Positions 62,870 through 64,000 of a stretch of DNA of 64,000 nt are shown one piece after another. The DNA lies in NCBI GenBank assembly GCA_030523555.1, contig JAUNIH010000002.1:7938-71937 (forward strand), read 5' to 3'. Below the pieces are notes generated by a model. The model had not been told where the DNA came from. It did no database searches and saw only the letters and a list, made by a program, of their open reading frames with translations. Position numbers and translations under genes: made by a program. Origin of the DNA: Erysipelotrichaceae bacterium. Lineage in GTDB: Bacteria > Bacillota_I > Bacilli_A > Erysipelotrichales > Erysipelotrichaceae. Within the stretch, counting starts at the first letter, position 1. The number at the start of each line of letters is the position of its first letter.

Positions 62870-64000
62870 CTAGAATCTTCCATATATAAAGTTTGCCACA
62901 TTATATTCCGGTCCATAATATCCAAAGATCAGAATAATAAAGATTAAGGCATAATATATTACCCATCTTACTATTATTGGCATATTCGCTATTTTATCCC
63001 TTACATTGTCCCCTTTTTCTTTCCTGTAATCAATATATAAGACAAGTAAAGAAACAAGTATCGCTACAATCCAGTTCTTATAATCAAGTCCAAGTTCATT
63101 AAATGATATAGACTTTCCATTCATATTAAACATATTAGAGAATAGCTGGAATGCCGTTCCTGTATCGACTGCTCTAGAGAATATTCTACCAATTGAACAG
63201 ATAAAATAGGTTCTTATCATCTGGAATACTGCCCATCCCTTGGAATCTTCTTTAACCTTAAATGATTTCCTCATTGAAGCGTATTTACTTTCTAACAGTA
63301 TTCCCCCGGCAATGAAGACACCATTCCAGATACCATAGATTACATACTTCCAGCTTGCCCCATGCCATATACCTACAAGAAGATACACTGTAAACATCGC
63401 AATAACAGGAGGTATCTTTTTACCGATATTATCACCAAATACTTTTCTCGCCTTCTTACCTATTACTGATAAAGTCCTTGATAAAGACATAGGATAAAAG
63501 ACATAATCCTTCATCCATGAACCTAAAGTAATATGCCATCTTCTCCAGAATTCTTCAATACTTCTAGAGAAATAAGGCTGGCGGAAATTATCTTCTAGCT
63601 CTATTCCAAATACTTCAGAGATACCTCTTATAATATCGATACCTCCTGAAAAATCACCATAGATCTGTACACTGTAAAGTAATGCACCAAATAAAACCAT
63701 CAATCCGTATGAGTTCTCCGGCGTATCAAAAATCGTTGATACAACAATAGACAACCTGTCTGCCAGCACAGCTTTCTTGATAAAACCCCAACCCATGAGC
63801 TGTAAACCATAAGTCACTCTCTTATAATCAAAATCATGTCCTTCGTATAACTGAGGTGCAAGCTTACTGTATCTTGGGATAGGTCCCTGAGTAAGCTGAG
63901 GGAAATAGGCCATATAAAGTAAAAACTTAAAGAAGTTAGTCTGTCCTTCACACTTATTCTTGGAGACATCAATCACATAAGAGATTGCCTGCAAAGTAAA
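62870..64000 (-). CDS. MBOAT-family membrane O-acyltransferase (DltB/AlgI-like). The 5' end runs off the right window edge
   Basis: ...LQAISYVIDV...YFPQLTQGPIPRY...FWRRWHITLGSWMKDYVFYP...GIWHG. The frame is open to position 64000, and the ORF-track start is an internal TTG. Confidence 0.85.
   Translation of the reverse strand, partial: FTLQAISYVIDVSKNKCEGQTNFFKFLLYMAYFPQLTQGPIPRYSKLAPQLYEGHDFDYKRVTYGLQLMGWGFIKKAVLADRLSIVVSTIFDTPENSYGLMVLFGALLYSVQIYGDFSGGIDIIRGISEVFGIELEDNFRQPYFSRSIEEFWRRWHITLGSWMKDYVFYPMSLSRTLSVIGKKARKVFGDNIGKKIPPVIAMFTVYLLVGIWHGASWKYVIYGIWNGVFIAGGILLESKYASMRKSFKVKEDSKGWAVFQMIRTYFICSIGRIFSRAVDTGTAFQLFSNMFNMNGKSISFNELGLDYKNWIVAILVSLLVLYIDYRKEKGDNVRDKIANMPIIVRWVIYYALIFIILIFGYYGPEYNVANFIYGRF

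Noticed and set aside
1-64000. CRISPR arrays, tRNA/rRNA genes, IS elements, integrases, prophage genes, toxin-antitoxin or known anti-phage defence systems
   Set aside because: No spaced direct-repeat arrays, no transposase, recombinase or nuclease-like ORFs, and no RNA-gene signatures were seen. Every long ORF is accounted for by ribosomal or envelope-glycan functions.

Overview
AT-rich Bacillota-type chromosomal segment, transcribed almost entirely on the minus strand. I cannot place the genus from sequence alone. (1) 1-7530 holds a canonical S10-spc ribosomal-protein operon (rpsJ through rplF, with rplF cut by the window edge). It has a TTGAAA-17-TATAAT promoter and a roughly 64-nt multi-stem leader. 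(2) 7938-61261 is an uninterrupted 53.3-kb cell-envelope glycan super-locus of 48 predicted genes. It contains one LCP ligase, one large WbaP-type priming phosphoglycosyltransferase, one Wzm/Wzt ABC exporter and three MOP (Wzx-type) flippases. It also contains one Wzy-like polymerase, three GT-C-like polytopic proteins, about 15 cytoplasmic glycosyltransferases, three AT3 O-acyltransferases, a LicD protein and a NodB deacetylase. Three nucleotide-sugar pathways are present: UDP-L-FucNAc (FnlA/B/C), a PglF/E/D-type 2,4-diamino-trideoxyhexose route, and a GDP-D-glycero-alpha-D-manno-heptose route extended by a Gmd-like dehydratase, a stand-alone cupin and an SDR. (3) 61491-64000 holds a short AAE-family (YidE/AspT-like) transporter, a DltC-like carrier protein and an MBOAT (DltB/AlgI-like) that runs off the right edge. 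I saw no rRNA, tRNA, CRISPR, transposase, integrase, phage or recognisable defence genes. The observations most worth following up are these. First, a predicted GDP-6-deoxyheptose pathway uses a CapF-type cupin. Second, a 5.3-kb four-gene extracytoplasmic glycosylation cassette is bracketed by about 55-bp direct repeats, one of which is the fossil 3' end of an acyltransferase gene. Third, two palindromic back-to-back extended -10 promoters place three SD-less start codons exactly at the expected transcription start, implying leaderless mRNAs. Fourth, the LCP ligase carries PASTA-like repeats. Fifth, the Wzm permease and a GT-C-like protein share an ectodomain. Sixth, an orphan GT-B protein carries sialyltransferase/TagF-type EEG, HP and HS(T) motifs. 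All functional calls rest on by-eye motif recognition; no database search was run.
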